Source: an uncultured Candidatus Saccharibacteria bacterium (lineage in GTDB: Bacteria > Patescibacteriota > Minisyncoccia > Minisyncoccales > JANBVM01). Taken from it: 64,000 nt of DNA. The stretch covers positions 43,616 through 107,615 of the forward strand of contig CAZBMQ010000001.1 of NCBI GenBank assembly GCA_964493485.1, given 5' to 3'. A program made the position numbers and the translations under genes. Each line of letters begins with the position of its first letter. Positions within the stretch are counted from its first letter, which is position 1. A model generated the notes under the pieces. That model was not told the origin of the DNA and did no database searches. It worked only from the letters and a program-made list of their open reading frames with translations. Below, one piece after another: positions 48,100-57,392 of this stretch.

Positions 48100-49101
48100 T
48101 TAAAACAAATGCTTATTTGTTATTCTTGCTCCTCTTCCCGGTCTTGTCACAATAACTTTCTCTACCCCTTTGATGTACCTGCATCTTTTGATAATTTTTT
48201 TTATGTCTTTTTCCAAACAAATAATTTTTACTTGAGGACCTGCATCAATAGTAAAATAGCATTCTATTCCCTGGTTTTTCCATTCAATAATTCTATTAAT
48301 CAAATCTATGGTGGTGCTGTTCCAATAAAATATAGAGGGTTTCGATGTCATTGTAAGAGCGTGCATCTTTAAGCAATTTTCTTGAGCAGTCTCACCTACA
48401 AGTGTAAAATTTCTATCTTTTATTCCTTTTTTTATTCTTTTAATATCCTGGTCTATGGTTTTTAACCAAGCTTTATACATTGGAGAAGTGCGCACTGTTC
48501 TTTCCATTCCAGTCCTTGAAGACACCTTCTTTTCCCTACTCGAAGTAATACATATTATCATTCTAAAATCCTGCCAATAATCTGCAGGTACAATCTGGTG
48601 TGCATAGGAATCTAAACCATCTCTTCTTTTACCTTTTTTCCATTCTACAAAACCGCCAAAAATAGACCTCGAGGCAGACCCAGAGCCCCTTCTTGCAAGA
48701 ATACTTAATTCTTTTTTGTTTAGATTTAAACAAAGCGCCTGATTTACAGCAAGAGCTAAGGCTGCAAATCCGGCAGCTGAAGAAGCTAAACCAGCGGCTG
48801 TAGGAAAATTATTATAACTCATAATCTTGGCTCTCAAACGAATACCTGCTTTCTTTCTAACAACATTTAAAAATCTCCCTACTCCATCATCATATTCTTT
48901 CGAACCTTTTTTAAATGTTTTTCCATTTAAAATAAACAAATCTTCTTTATATTCTTTACTAAATTCAATTGTAGTATGAGTCATCAATCCTTCTGTTGTC
49001 ATACTAATACTGCTGTTATAAGGCAGCTTTAATGTTTTGTTTCTCTTCCCCCAATATTTTACTAATGCGATATTGGCATTGGCAATTGCTGAAGCCTTCA
49101 T
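48100..49101 (-). CDS. mvaD: Diphosphomevalonate decarboxylase
   Basis: ANIALVKYWGKRN, GLASSAAGFAAL and RRGSGSASRSIFGG motifs. Confidence 0.85.
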   Translation of the reverse strand: MKASAIANANIALVKYWGKRNKTLKLPYNSSISMTTEGLMTHTTIEFSKEYKEDLFILNGKTFKKGSKEYDDGVGRFLNVVRKKAGIRLRAKIMSYNNFPTAAGLASSAAGFAALALAVNQALCLNLNKKELSILARRGSGSASRSIFGGFVEWKKGKRRDGLDSYAHQIVPADYWQDFRMIICITSSREKKVSSRTGMERTVRTSPMYKAWLKTIDQDIKRIKKGIKDRNFTLVGETAQENCLKMHALTMTSKPSIFYWNSTTIDLINRIIEWKNQGIECYFTIDAGPQVKIICLEKDIKKIIKRCRYIKGVEKVIVTRPGRGARITNKHLF

Positions 49102-49169
49102 AGATAGTTTAGTTTAAAATTAAAACAACCTTATGGGCTGTCTTTGGAGATTAATATAATACATTTTTT

Positions 49170-50084
49170 CTATTTTTGTTTTTTGAGCTTCTCTTCTAAT
49201 TCTTCGATTTTCTTTTTTAACTCTACCATTTTCATTTCTCTACCCACGGCGAACTTTTGAAATCTTTCTAATTCTTCTACCTTCTCTTGTAATTCAATTG
49301 TTCTTTCCTTCACCTGCTGTTCCAGACTTTTTGCCAGCTCCTCCAATTCCTTTGTTCTCGCTCTCACCCTTATTTCTAATGTATCTCTTGTTTCTTCCAA
49401 TTTAAATTTTGCTTTCTGTAATTCCCTTCTTTCTTTGCTTAACTCCCTTCGTATTCTTCTAAATGTCTTTGAAAAATGCCTAACCAAAAAAGCAACATAA
49501 TGAAAACCAAAAACTGCCCCTGCGCATATAGTCACAAGCAAATAATTAAGATTTTTATAGGGCTCAGTGGCTGGAATAAAAAATTTATAATGAGGAAGAA
49601 TTCCGAAATACTCAAGAAATCCTAAAGCGGCATAAGAAATTGTAGCCAATACAGTAAAAAATACTGCCTTTCTTCTTGAAAGAAAAACATTAGCTTCTAC
49701 TATCTGAAAAAAATATATAAAAATTCCAATCCATTCCACCCCTCCAATATAATGAACAATTCCAGAATAAATTACCAAATTAGCCACAAAATAAGCGAAA
49801 CATAAATTTTCTATTTTATATATTCCACCTTCTTTTTCTTTTAATAAAGCATTCAGTGAATATATATAACCTGAAAGCACTACGCCAAATAAAAAAAGAA
49901 GGGCTAATACTCCTATTGAAATGGGTGCATCAAATATAAATTTAAGAATAGAAAATCCAATAAAAGCAATGAAAATTATCAAAATTGCTTTTTCGTTGAG
50001 AACAGTAAGAGCCTTCAATATCTCAACATATTCTATCAACTCTCCCCCTGCAAGTTCTTTTACCTTTTTCTCTTTTTTTTCCAT
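49170..50084 (-). CDS. Polytopic membrane protein (5-6 TM) with C-terminal coiled coil carrying the ERFQKFAVGREMKMVELKKKI motif; no catalytic output domain
   Basis: The TM region resembles sensor-kinase input modules. The C-terminal motif is shared with 38640-39014. Confidence 0.6.
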   Translation of the reverse strand: MEKKEKKVKELAGGELIEYVEILKALTVLNEKAILIIFIAFIGFSILKFIFDAPISIGVLALLFLFGVVLSGYIYSLNALLKEKEGGIYKIENLCFAYFVANLVIYSGIVHYIGGVEWIGIFIYFFQIVEANVFLSRRKAVFFTVLATISYAALGFLEYFGILPHYKFFIPATEPYKNLNYLLVTICAGAVFGFHYVAFLVRHFSKTFRRIRRELSKERRELQKAKFKLEETRDTLEIRVRARTKELEELAKSLEQQVKERTIELQEKVEELERFQKFAVGREMKMVELKKKIEELEEKLKKQK

Positions 50085-50128
50085 TTTATTTTATCCTATC
50101 ATATTCTATTTTTAAATTCTAATACCAA

Positions 50129-50932
50129 TTAAGAATGAGGCTTAATCCCAAATTCCAAAGCTGTTTTAATCTGAGTCAGTTCTAAAGGATTAATGTTTTT
50201 TAATGAATTACCTTTAAAGTTTTGGATGATTTTTATACCCTCTATATCTATAGCAATCCTGTCTGTAGAGGCTAATATCAATCCTGGTTCTTTTACCTCT
50301 CCCTCAGCCGGTCCTTTTTTGATAAAACATTTTCTTGCGTCCATAATTATTAAATCAGGATGTATAATTTTATTTAATTCTGCTATTTTTTCCTGTAAAT
50401 ATCTAAAATGAAAACCTACTCTCTGAAATGGCTTCATAAAACCCATTGATAATTTTAAACTTCCTGTAAATTGAGCTAAAAAATGCGTTTTTAAACAAGG
50501 AAGAAGTATTAACTTATCAGCTCTGTCTAAATATTCTGTAACAAAAACATTTTTCAGGTATTTCGCGTTTGGTATCTCTTTTTTTATCCATCTCCGTTCA
50601 TCAAAAACATAAATCCTTGGAGGTATTTCCATTTTTTCCAATTCAAAGACCCCGAGCTCCTCCATTACTTTTCTTGTATTCAAACTCATAGTGGAAGAAT
50701 CTCCAATCATAACTATCTTTGGCTCTTGTTCATAAGCAAGTTCTACTACAGCTTTTAAAAACTCTAAATCAGTAGATCCTGGAAAAGGATGAGATGTATT
50801 AAAATTCGGTTTTAATAAAACAACATCTCCCTTGTTAATAAACTTTTTAAAACCCCCTATCTCTTCTACTGCTTTTTTTATTGATTCTTTTAGATTCTCT
50901 TTAGCCTCTATTTTTGATACTCTTTCCAACAT
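50129..50932 (-). CDS. DUF362-domain protein
   Basis: GDVVLLKPNFN...IVMIGDSS...LKTH pattern is typical of DUF362. Confidence 0.65.
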   Translation of the reverse strand: MLERVSKIEAKENLKESIKKAVEEIGGFKKFINKGDVVLLKPNFNTSHPFPGSTDLEFLKAVVELAYEQEPKIVMIGDSSTMSLNTRKVMEELGVFELEKMEIPPRIYVFDERRWIKKEIPNAKYLKNVFVTEYLDRADKLILLPCLKTHFLAQFTGSLKLSMGFMKPFQRVGFHFRYLQEKIAELNKIIHPDLIIMDARKCFIKKGPAEGEVKEPGLILASTDRIAIDIEGIKIIQNFKGNSLKNINPLELTQIKTALEFGIKPHS

Positions 50933-50970
50933 AATAATATGAATAGTTTATCAATCTCTTAAAAACAAAA

Positions 50971-51005
50971 CCTCCTTCATGGTTTTTGCTTTTAAAAATG
51001 AAGGA
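50971..51005 (-). terminator. Hairpin TCCTTCAT...ATGAAGGA followed by a U-run on the minus strand
   Basis: Read directly, downstream of 51034-51261. Confidence 0.5.
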
Positions 51006-51033
51006 AACACAAATTAATCTTTTTTAAAAATGT

Positions 51034-51261
51034 TTATTGACTGGGGAGGTAAGGAGCGCACATCTGCTGAAGATTTGTCAAAGCTTGTTGACATTGTTGT
51101 GCTCCTGTCATACATTCATTTAATCCCGACTTCAGTTTTTCTACTCCTTGCGCACACTCCAACGCCTTGGACTTGCATAGTGTTAAACCAGAATACAGAT
51201 AATAGCATAAACCAGCCAACACCAGTACCGCCACAATCAAAAGAATATCTTTTGCGTTCAT
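51034..51261 (-). CDS. 75-aa membrane-anchored Cys-rich small protein
   Basis: TM segment ILLIVAVLVLAGLCYYLY followed by a Cys-containing helical segment. The overlapping plus-strand ORF is judged spurious. Confidence 0.45.
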   Translation of the reverse strand: MNAKDILLIVAVLVLAGLCYYLYSGLTLCKSKALECAQGVEKLKSGLNECMTGAQQCQQALTNLQQMCAPYLPSQ

Positions 51262-51296
51262 TCTTAATTTTTAATAAATATTAATATCCGACCTTT

Positions 51297-52061
51297 TTAT
51301 TTTTCTATCTCAATCTCTATTCCTATTGGACAATGATCTGAACCTTTAACATTACTCAAAATAAAAGCATCTTTTAGCTTTGGAGTCAATTTCTTTGAAG
51401 TAAAAGCATAATCTATTCTCCAACCCAAGTTTCTCTCTCTAGCATTCGCAAAATAAGGCCACCAAGTGTAATATCCTCCTTTTTTATGAAACTTCCTGAA
51501 GGTATCTGTAAAACCCAGGCTGATAATTCTATCTATCTGTTCTCTTTCTTTTGAGGTAAACATTATATTGTTTTGGTTTTCTTTTGGTCTTGCTAAATCA
51601 ATCTCTTGATGAGCAATATTGAAATCTCCAACCAATATTACACTTTTGTTTTTTATATCTTTTAAATAATCAAAAAGAAAATTATATACCTGAAGCTTAT
51701 AATCTAAATTTTCTTTCCCCCTCCCGCCATAAGGAATATATAAATTAATCAAAATAAAATAGGGATACTCTAACCTCAACATTCTCCCTTCTTGGTCAAA
51801 TCTCATCATCCCTATCTTCGTTCTTATCTTCAATGGTTTTTCTTTCACATACACTGCCACGCCGCTATATCCCTTTTTAAAGGCGGAATTAAAATAAGAA
51901 TCGTATCTATAAGGAGAAAGCAGCTCAGAGGGTAATTGCTCTGGCTGCGCTTTTGTCTCCTGGATGCATACAATATCTGCTTTTACTTTCTTTAACCATT
52001 CTAAAAAACCTTTTTTGTATACAGACCTCAACCCATTAACATTCCAAGATAAAATCTTCAT
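51297..52061 (-). CDS. xth: Exodeoxyribonuclease III (AP endonuclease)
   Basis: KILSWNVNGLRS, CIQETK, GDFNIAH and SDHCPI motifs. Confidence 0.9.
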   Translation of the reverse strand: MKILSWNVNGLRSVYKKGFLEWLKKVKADIVCIQETKAQPEQLPSELLSPYRYDSYFNSAFKKGYSGVAVYVKEKPLKIRTKIGMMRFDQEGRMLRLEYPYFILINLYIPYGGRGKENLDYKLQVYNFLFDYLKDIKNKSVILVGDFNIAHQEIDLARPKENQNNIMFTSKEREQIDRIISLGFTDTFRKFHKKGGYYTWWPYFANARERNLGWRIDYAFTSKKLTPKLKDAFILSNVKGSDHCPIGIEIEIEK

Positions 52062-52089
52062 AGCAAAACAGGTTATAACCCTTGAAACA

Positions 52090-52683
52090 CTACCATTTTA
52101 ACAAAAATTCATGATATTCATCTCCTTTAAATACACACTTTATTTCTTCACATTCCACCTTGCCGCCCACTACCATTCCTAATACACTGGCGAAATATCC
52201 TTTAAGCACCTGGCATTGCACAGGCACCAATCGGTAATTCTGAAGTCTCAACACTCCAGAAGATTCATCGAGCTTTACTACCTCTAAATCTCCTACTGTA
52301 AATGTCTGTCTCCAGATTTTAGGAGCCTCTCTTGCTGCTCTTTCAAGAGAAATAAAGTATTTCATAAAGATTCTTATAATAAAAGAGATTTTTGGCTCAA
52401 ACCTGCCCATTTCCTGAAATTTCTTGTCGTCGTAATTAAAAAGCCGTTCTATTACTGTCAACAGAACAGCATCATACCATAAAGGATAAAAAATCATCTC
52501 TTTCAGGTTTTTATATGTTATAGGACAACCAAAATCTGCTAATATCTTTTCTAGTTTCTCCAGATTACCCCTTCCCTCTTCCTTTAATATAAACTCCATA
52601 TTTTCCTTCAAAGCCACCCCCTTTACTTCTCCCTTTATCTTTTTAAACTCTTCTAATTCTTCTTTTGAAATTATTTGTTCCAT
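52090..52683 (-). CDS. V4R/H-NOX-like sensor-domain protein, paralog 2 of 6
   Basis: Full-length alignment to the family. Ends CEEIKCVFKGDEYHEFLLKW. Confidence 0.7.
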   Translation of the reverse strand: MEQIISKEELEEFKKIKGEVKGVALKENMEFILKEEGRGNLEKLEKILADFGCPITYKNLKEMIFYPLWYDAVLLTVIERLFNYDDKKFQEMGRFEPKISFIIRIFMKYFISLERAAREAPKIWRQTFTVGDLEVVKLDESSGVLRLQNYRLVPVQCQVLKGYFASVLGMVVGGKVECEEIKCVFKGDEYHEFLLKW

Positions 52684-52716
52684 ATTATTTTAGTTTATTT
52701 TAATTGTTTAATTTTA

Positions 52717-53403
52717 TCAAACATTATCCCAACCTTGAAGTTTTATTTTATGATTTTTAATATATTCAATTATTCTCCTGTCTATCAAGGTTTTGATTTC
52801 TTCTTCTCTTTCAACTGAATATGTACTAATCTTCCTCAACTCCAAATCTGCAAATCCCGGATGACACATTAGTTCATTAACACCATCTGCTAAATTAGAT
52901 AGAATATCCAAAAGAGAATTTGTGCTAATTCTTTCTAAATCTGTTTCTCCGGATTCATTTTTCCCAAAAAAAGATTCGATAAGATGGAATTTCCCTAATC
53001 CCCTTACAGGAATATTGTTCTCTTTTGAATATTCTTCGAATATAGGTTTAATTTGGGAATGAAAATGAATATGATGGTGGGAATCTAAATGGTCTGGCGG
53101 TTTTCCTAATATTTTGGCAAACTCATTAATTTGATTTTTAAATTCTTTTTTTATATTTTCTATTGTCAAAGAAGAAAGTATTTCTCTTTTTATTAATTTT
53201 GACCTTAATCTTTTATCAAAAATATCAAAATGAAGACCAACAGAAAGCGGATATTCCAATAATTCCCTTGCCTGCTTTGCCGCCATTCCATACACCATTA
53301 CTGAAGTACTAGTAACAATGCCTTGAGTATGGGCTTTTATTATCCCTTTATTCACTCCCTTGCTATATCCATAATCATCAGCATTAACCACTAAAACTTT
53401 CAT
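52717..53403 (-). CDS. ChbG/YdjC-family carbohydrate deacetylase
   Basis: MKVLVVNADDYGYSKGVNKGIIKAHTQGIVTSTSVMV plus HLDSHHHIH. Confidence 0.8.
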   Translation of the reverse strand: MKVLVVNADDYGYSKGVNKGIIKAHTQGIVTSTSVMVYGMAAKQARELLEYPLSVGLHFDIFDKRLRSKLIKREILSSLTIENIKKEFKNQINEFAKILGKPPDHLDSHHHIHFHSQIKPIFEEYSKENNIPVRGLGKFHLIESFFGKNESGETDLERISTNSLLDILSNLADGVNELMCHPGFADLELRKISTYSVEREEEIKTLIDRRIIEYIKNHKIKLQGWDNV

Positions 53404-53425
53404 GTTTGAATTCCTTTATTAATAA

Positions 53426-54301
53426 CTATATCTCATACCAAGCACATACCAAGGTATCAGGTCCCACTATAGCTCCAACTATATTATTAATGATATTTAT
53501 AAAAATCACCTCTGCTTTTGGAAAATTATCTTCTATCATTTTTTTTAATCTCTCAGCTCCTTTCAAATCATCGCCATGTGTTATCACTATTTTTAAACTA
53601 TTCTCCTTTTTTCTCTTTTTCATTTCTGTCTCAAATTGCTTGAAAAGGGCTGTGGGAATATCTTTAGCATGCATCTTTACTCCAGAAGGCACTAAAACTC
53701 CATTTTTAAATGTAAGAAGAGGTCGAACACCAGCACCAGCTAATCTTCTCAACAACCCAGCTACAATAGAAGAAATTCTCCCGCTCGCCTCTAACCACTT
53801 TGGGTCCTTAAACATCAAAAAAAGCCTAACTCTTGAAATTAGCTTTTTTAATTCCTCTATCACATCCTCTATCCCTTTTCCTTCCTTTATCAACTCAACA
53901 GCATACAAAATTAAAAGCGCTTCTCCAGCGCTGGCGTTTAATGTATCTACAACAAATACTTTCTCTTTTTTCTCTTGTGGAAGAAAGTTCTTTGCTTGAA
54001 TTGCTGAATTGTATGTTCCAGAAAGTTTCGAGGTAAGAGTAATACAAAGTACTATATCAAAAGATTCAAATTGTTTTTTATAAGCATCTAAAAAAGCTTT
54101 TGGAGAAGGCTGTGAGGTTTTACCAAAACTCTTTATGCCTCTTTTTTCTAATTCTCTCATTTTTTGAAATATATTCTCTCCTGGAAGATTCTCTATCTCT
54201 GGCCAATCGAGTTTAACTTTGGCTATCTCTATACGATTATTCTCAATTATATCTTGAGGTAAATCAGCTGCCTCTTCTGTTACAATGCCGATTTTTTGCA
54301 T
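53426..54301 (-). CDS. DegV-family fatty-acid-binding protein
   Basis: IGIVTEEAADLP...SQPSP...LSGTYNSA motifs, ~290 aa. Confidence 0.85.
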   Translation of the reverse strand: MQKIGIVTEEAADLPQDIIENNRIEIAKVKLDWPEIENLPGENIFQKMRELEKRGIKSFGKTSQPSPKAFLDAYKKQFESFDIVLCITLTSKLSGTYNSAIQAKNFLPQEKKEKVFVVDTLNASAGEALLILYAVELIKEGKGIEDVIEELKKLISRVRLFLMFKDPKWLEASGRISSIVAGLLRRLAGAGVRPLLTFKNGVLVPSGVKMHAKDIPTALFKQFETEMKKRKKENSLKIVITHGDDLKGAERLKKMIEDNFPKAEVIFINIINNIVGAIVGPDTLVCAWYEI

Positions 54302-54497
54302 AAACTTGACACTGAATTAAACAAAAGTCTCAACCGCAAAAAAGATTGAAACAATATATTTTTATTTTAGCAAGAATCCCCTATATCAAAAAGCATATCT
54401 GTGGAAAAATTTCAATAAAAACCCAGCACAAAGCTGGGAAACAAAAAATTTTGATCTCTATTCTTATTTAATAAAACCAGTGAAGTTTCTATTGGTA

Positions 54498-54653
54498 TTA
54501 CTTAATATATAAAGTATAGCCTATATAAAAAACTATAATAGAGGCAATCGTTCCAGCAATAAAACCTGCTAAGCTGGAAGCTAGTGTGTTTCCAATCTTA
54601 AAAGTAAAATCTCTATTTTCGTTTGAAACAAACTCTCGAATTAATTTATTCAT
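54498..54653 (-). CDS. Possible 51-aa single-TM peptide (not in ORF track)
   Basis: Hand translation: MNKLIREFVSNENRDFTFKIGNTLASSLAGFIAGTIASIIVFYIGYTLYIK. No other support. Confidence 0.3.
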   Translation of the reverse strand: MNKLIREFVSNENRDFTFKIGNTLASSLAGFIAGTIASIIVFYIGYTLYIK

Positions 54654-54845
54654 AAAGATTAAGTTTTAAAAATTTATTAACTCGACCTCAAAATTTTATA
54701 CTATATTATATTATATATCAATAGAGGTTACAAAAAATGTTGTGGAAAATTATTATTTCTTTCTTTTGCTTAGATGTATGGTATTATCTTATATTTTTAG
54801 TAAAATAAAATAATATAAAGGTCGTATCATCAAATTCACAAAAAT

Positions 54846-55412
54846 ATGGTTTTTTCTTTAATTCTTCGCATAGTCAACGGAGTAAAAGAAGGAGTAAGAG
54901 CTGGTTTAAAAGGTGTCACTGATGTTGGTAGTGTAATTGTAGATGTTGTTAAAAATACTACCGTTACCACCCTGGAGAAAACTGGAGAATTTCTTGCAAA
55001 AGGAGTAGAAACAGCTGCTTCAATAGTAGAAGGGGCAATTTCAGGAGTTGCAGATATCGGTGTATCAGTAATTGAAACAATAAGAGGAATCGTCAGAGGA
55101 GCAGTGAGAGGTTTCATGGAAATGGGAGGTAAACAAGATTCTGCAGTAACAGGAGCTGTGTCTCAAGCAATACATAGCGCAAAGACGTTAGGACTTGATA
55201 TTGGAGAAACAGCAGTAGAAGCAGTAAAAGGCTCCATAGAAGCTGTAAGAACAGTTGGTGGAGATGTGGTAGAAGCCACAAAAACTGCGGTATTAGCTGC
55301 TGTTGGAGCTGCAAAAGATATAGGAGGAGAAACAGTAGATGCAGTAAAAGACGCTCTTGAAAGCGGAGTGGAAGGAGCAAAAGATATTATTGACGCAATA
55401 AAAGAAGAGTAA
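54846..55412 (+). CDS. 188-aa Ala/Val/Gly/Glu-rich repeat protein (amphipathic 11-mer-like repeats)
   Basis: Repeats of the type AV-x-GA-x-x-x-AKD-IGGETVDAVK. A plus-strand gene isolated among minus-strand genes, with a terminator at 55449-55472. Confidence 0.55.
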   Translation: MVFSLILRIVNGVKEGVRAGLKGVTDVGSVIVDVVKNTTVTTLEKTGEFLAKGVETAASIVEGAISGVADIGVSVIETIRGIVRGAVRGFMEMGGKQDSAVTGAVSQAIHSAKTLGLDIGETAVEAVKGSIEAVRTVGGDVVEATKTAVLAAVGAAKDIGGETVDAVKDALESGVEGAKDIIDAIKEE

Positions 55413-55448
55413 AAAACTCTAGGTGGTTCAATCTTTGTTTTTAATAAA

Positions 55449-55472
55449 AACACCTAATTTGTTTTAGGTGTT
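55449..55472. terminator. Bidirectional terminator AACACCTAA-TTTGTT-TTAGGTGTT between convergent genes
   Basis: Perfect 9-bp stem, read directly. Confidence 0.65.
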
Positions 55473-55475
55473 TAT

Positions 55476-56498
55476 CTATTTTTCAGATTCAATCCATCTT
55501 GTCTTTAACATTTCTTCTACCTCTCTACTTTCTCCCAACTGGTCATGTTCTGAAGCCCACAGATGCAGAAATACTCCTGTTACATTATATTCCTTCAAAA
55601 CATCTAAGCTTAAATTGTATCCTTGTGCTCTTATCTCAGGAGAAGGCTCCTTGCCATACCAATAATCCATACCAAGTGTTGCTACAATCCTGCAGTCTGT
55701 ATTATACTTTTCTCCTAAATCATTTAATAATTCAACTTGTTTCTGAGTATGTTGTTTTAAATCTTCGAAACTCCTAAGATCATGTTCTCCGTCATAATCC
55801 TTCCAGGGGAAAATTGTAATACCTACACAATCATATCCTTCAAATACATTATCTTTTTCAATAAACTCCCATTGTTCTCCGTATGGAATTTCAGCAAAAG
55901 TAATCTTGCCTTTGTACACTTTTCTTATTTCAGGAAGAATTGTCTTAAACCACTTTTTTGCCTCTTCTTTATCCATAATTATCGCCATCTCAAACCCTGG
56001 AGCAAAAAGTTCTACATTGTTTTCCTGAGCAAAACGAGCCCACTTCAATACTTTCTCAGTCCATTTTTCAACATCAAGATTCCATTTTCTTTTGGGCCAG
56101 AATTCCATTGATTCAATAAAGGGACTAAGGAAAATTTTAATGTCGTAATTGTGCGCTATCTCAATTGCCTTCCTAAGAGATTCCTCTGCCTTTCTATCAT
56201 CTCCAATAAGTTTGCCTTCCTCAGTTCCACTATAAAAAGCTCTTATCAATAAATAATTAGCTCCTACATTTTTAGCTTTTTTAACCAAACGCTCATTAGC
56301 AGAAGGGTTGTATATTTCAGAATAAATAGATGGATTATAATAATAAGCAATAGATCTCCACATCAAACCTTGAATCTTAAATTCTTCGTGTCTTTTCGGA
56401 AAATGAAAATTAGTATTCTTTTGTGTTTTTTGAAAATAAAAAAAAGAGGTTAACCCAGCCAAACCAATTATTAACAAAATTATTGTCTTTTTTTTCAT
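55476..56498 (-). CDS. Secreted TIM-barrel glycoside-hydrolase-like protein (clan GH-A/GH5-like)
   Basis: Signal peptide, with alternating beta/alpha pattern resembling 63039-64000. The assignment is weak. Confidence 0.5.
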   Translation of the reverse strand: MKKKTIILLIIGLAGLTSFFYFQKTQKNTNFHFPKRHEEFKIQGLMWRSIAYYYNPSIYSEIYNPSANERLVKKAKNVGANYLLIRAFYSGTEEGKLIGDDRKAEESLRKAIEIAHNYDIKIFLSPFIESMEFWPKRKWNLDVEKWTEKVLKWARFAQENNVELFAPGFEMAIIMDKEEAKKWFKTILPEIRKVYKGKITFAEIPYGEQWEFIEKDNVFEGYDCVGITIFPWKDYDGEHDLRSFEDLKQHTQKQVELLNDLGEKYNTDCRIVATLGMDYWYGKEPSPEIRAQGYNLSLDVLKEYNVTGVFLHLWASEHDQLGESREVEEMLKTRWIESEK

Positions 56499-56536
56499 CT
56501 TTACAAATTGAAACCAAAAAACTTAGATACTTTGTT

Positions 56537-57139
56537 CTACCATTCCATTAAAAACTCATAACATTCATCTCCTCTAAAGGGAGATTTTATTTCTTCCCCT
56601 TTAGCTTTCTGTCCTCCTATCATCTGAAGGACGCTTGAAAAATAACCTATAAGAACCTGTCCTTGAAGAGGGTGAACTTTGAAATTCTCAATCCTTAAAA
56701 TCAAGCGTCTCTTCTCCTCATTGTATTCCATTAGCTTAACTTGTCCTATAGTATATGATTTTCTCCACATCTCGGGAGCTCGCTTCATTATTTCTTTAAC
56801 AGAGAAAAAATATCTTGCAAAAACTCTAACAAGTATTGAGCTTTTTGCTGAAAACTCTCCTATCTCCTGAAATGTCTCTGCTGTATAATTAAACATTCGC
56901 TTCATTAACTCCAAAATTACTGCCTGTAAACCTACAGGATAAAAATGCATTCCTTTCACTTCTTTAAATCTAAAGGGATACCCAAAGTCTGTTATTATCT
57001 CTTCTATCTCTTTTGTTTTCTCTTCTCCCTCTTTTTTAAGCAAATAATCCCCATATCCTTTTAGCGTCACCCCCCTCACCTCTCCTTTTATCTTCATCAG
57101 TTCATCAAATTCTTCTTTTGTAAGAAGAATCCTATCCAT
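56537..57139 (-). CDS. V4R/H-NOX-like sensor-domain protein, paralog 3 of 6 (Cys3-His positions all substituted)
   Basis: Aligns to the family. The C-terminus KGEEIKSPFRGDECYEFLMEW lacks the C-x4-C and the His. Confidence 0.7.
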   Translation of the reverse strand: MDRILLTKEEFDELMKIKGEVRGVTLKGYGDYLLKKEGEEKTKEIEEIITDFGYPFRFKEVKGMHFYPVGLQAVILELMKRMFNYTAETFQEIGEFSAKSSILVRVFARYFFSVKEIMKRAPEMWRKSYTIGQVKLMEYNEEKRRLILRIENFKVHPLQGQVLIGYFSSVLQMIGGQKAKGEEIKSPFRGDECYEFLMEW

Positions 57140-57208
57140 ACAATTATTGTATCAAAAAACCAAAATCTTTAAATCTCAATATTATCTTGATTGCTTTTTT
57201 ATATTAAA

Positions 57209-57230
57209 AAGGCGTCTTTCGAGACGCCTT
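57209..57230 (-). terminator. Intrinsic terminator AAGGCGTCT-TTCG-AGACGCCTT, 5 nt after the poly-Lys mini-ORF stop
   Basis: Perfect 9-bp stem with a TTCG loop and a U-run on the minus strand. Confidence 0.7.
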
Positions 57231-57235
57231 TCAGT

Positions 57236-57280
57236 CTATTTCTTCTTTTTCTTTTTCTTCTTTTTCTTTTTCTTTGCCAT
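57236..57280 (-). CDS. 14-codon mini-ORF MAKKKKKKKKKKKK (possible leader peptide)
   Basis: Hand translation: atg gca (aag/aaa)x12 tag. Not in the ORF track. Confidence 0.3.
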   Translation of the reverse strand: MAKKKKKKKKKKKK

Positions 57281-57392
57281 TTTGAAAAAGATTTATCAAA
57301 TAAGGATGCGGGAGACCATCCCCGCTATCTCTTTTTTTCTCTTATATAGAAGACGCATTTCCTATTAATTTATTACACTTTTCTAATCAAAA

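Noticed and set aside
51030-51284. 84-aa plus-strand ORF overlapping 51034-51261.
   Set aside because: The minus-strand frame has a clean TM helix, follows the gene orientation of the block and is followed by a terminator. The plus frame has none of these.
53406-54036. Plus-strand ORFs 53406-53999 and 53833-54036.
   Set aside because: They are antisense to the well-supported DegV-family gene.
57147-57368. 73-aa plus-strand ORF containing a poly-Phe run.
   Set aside because: It is the antisense shadow of the (AAG/AAA)n tract and runs through two terminator hairpins.
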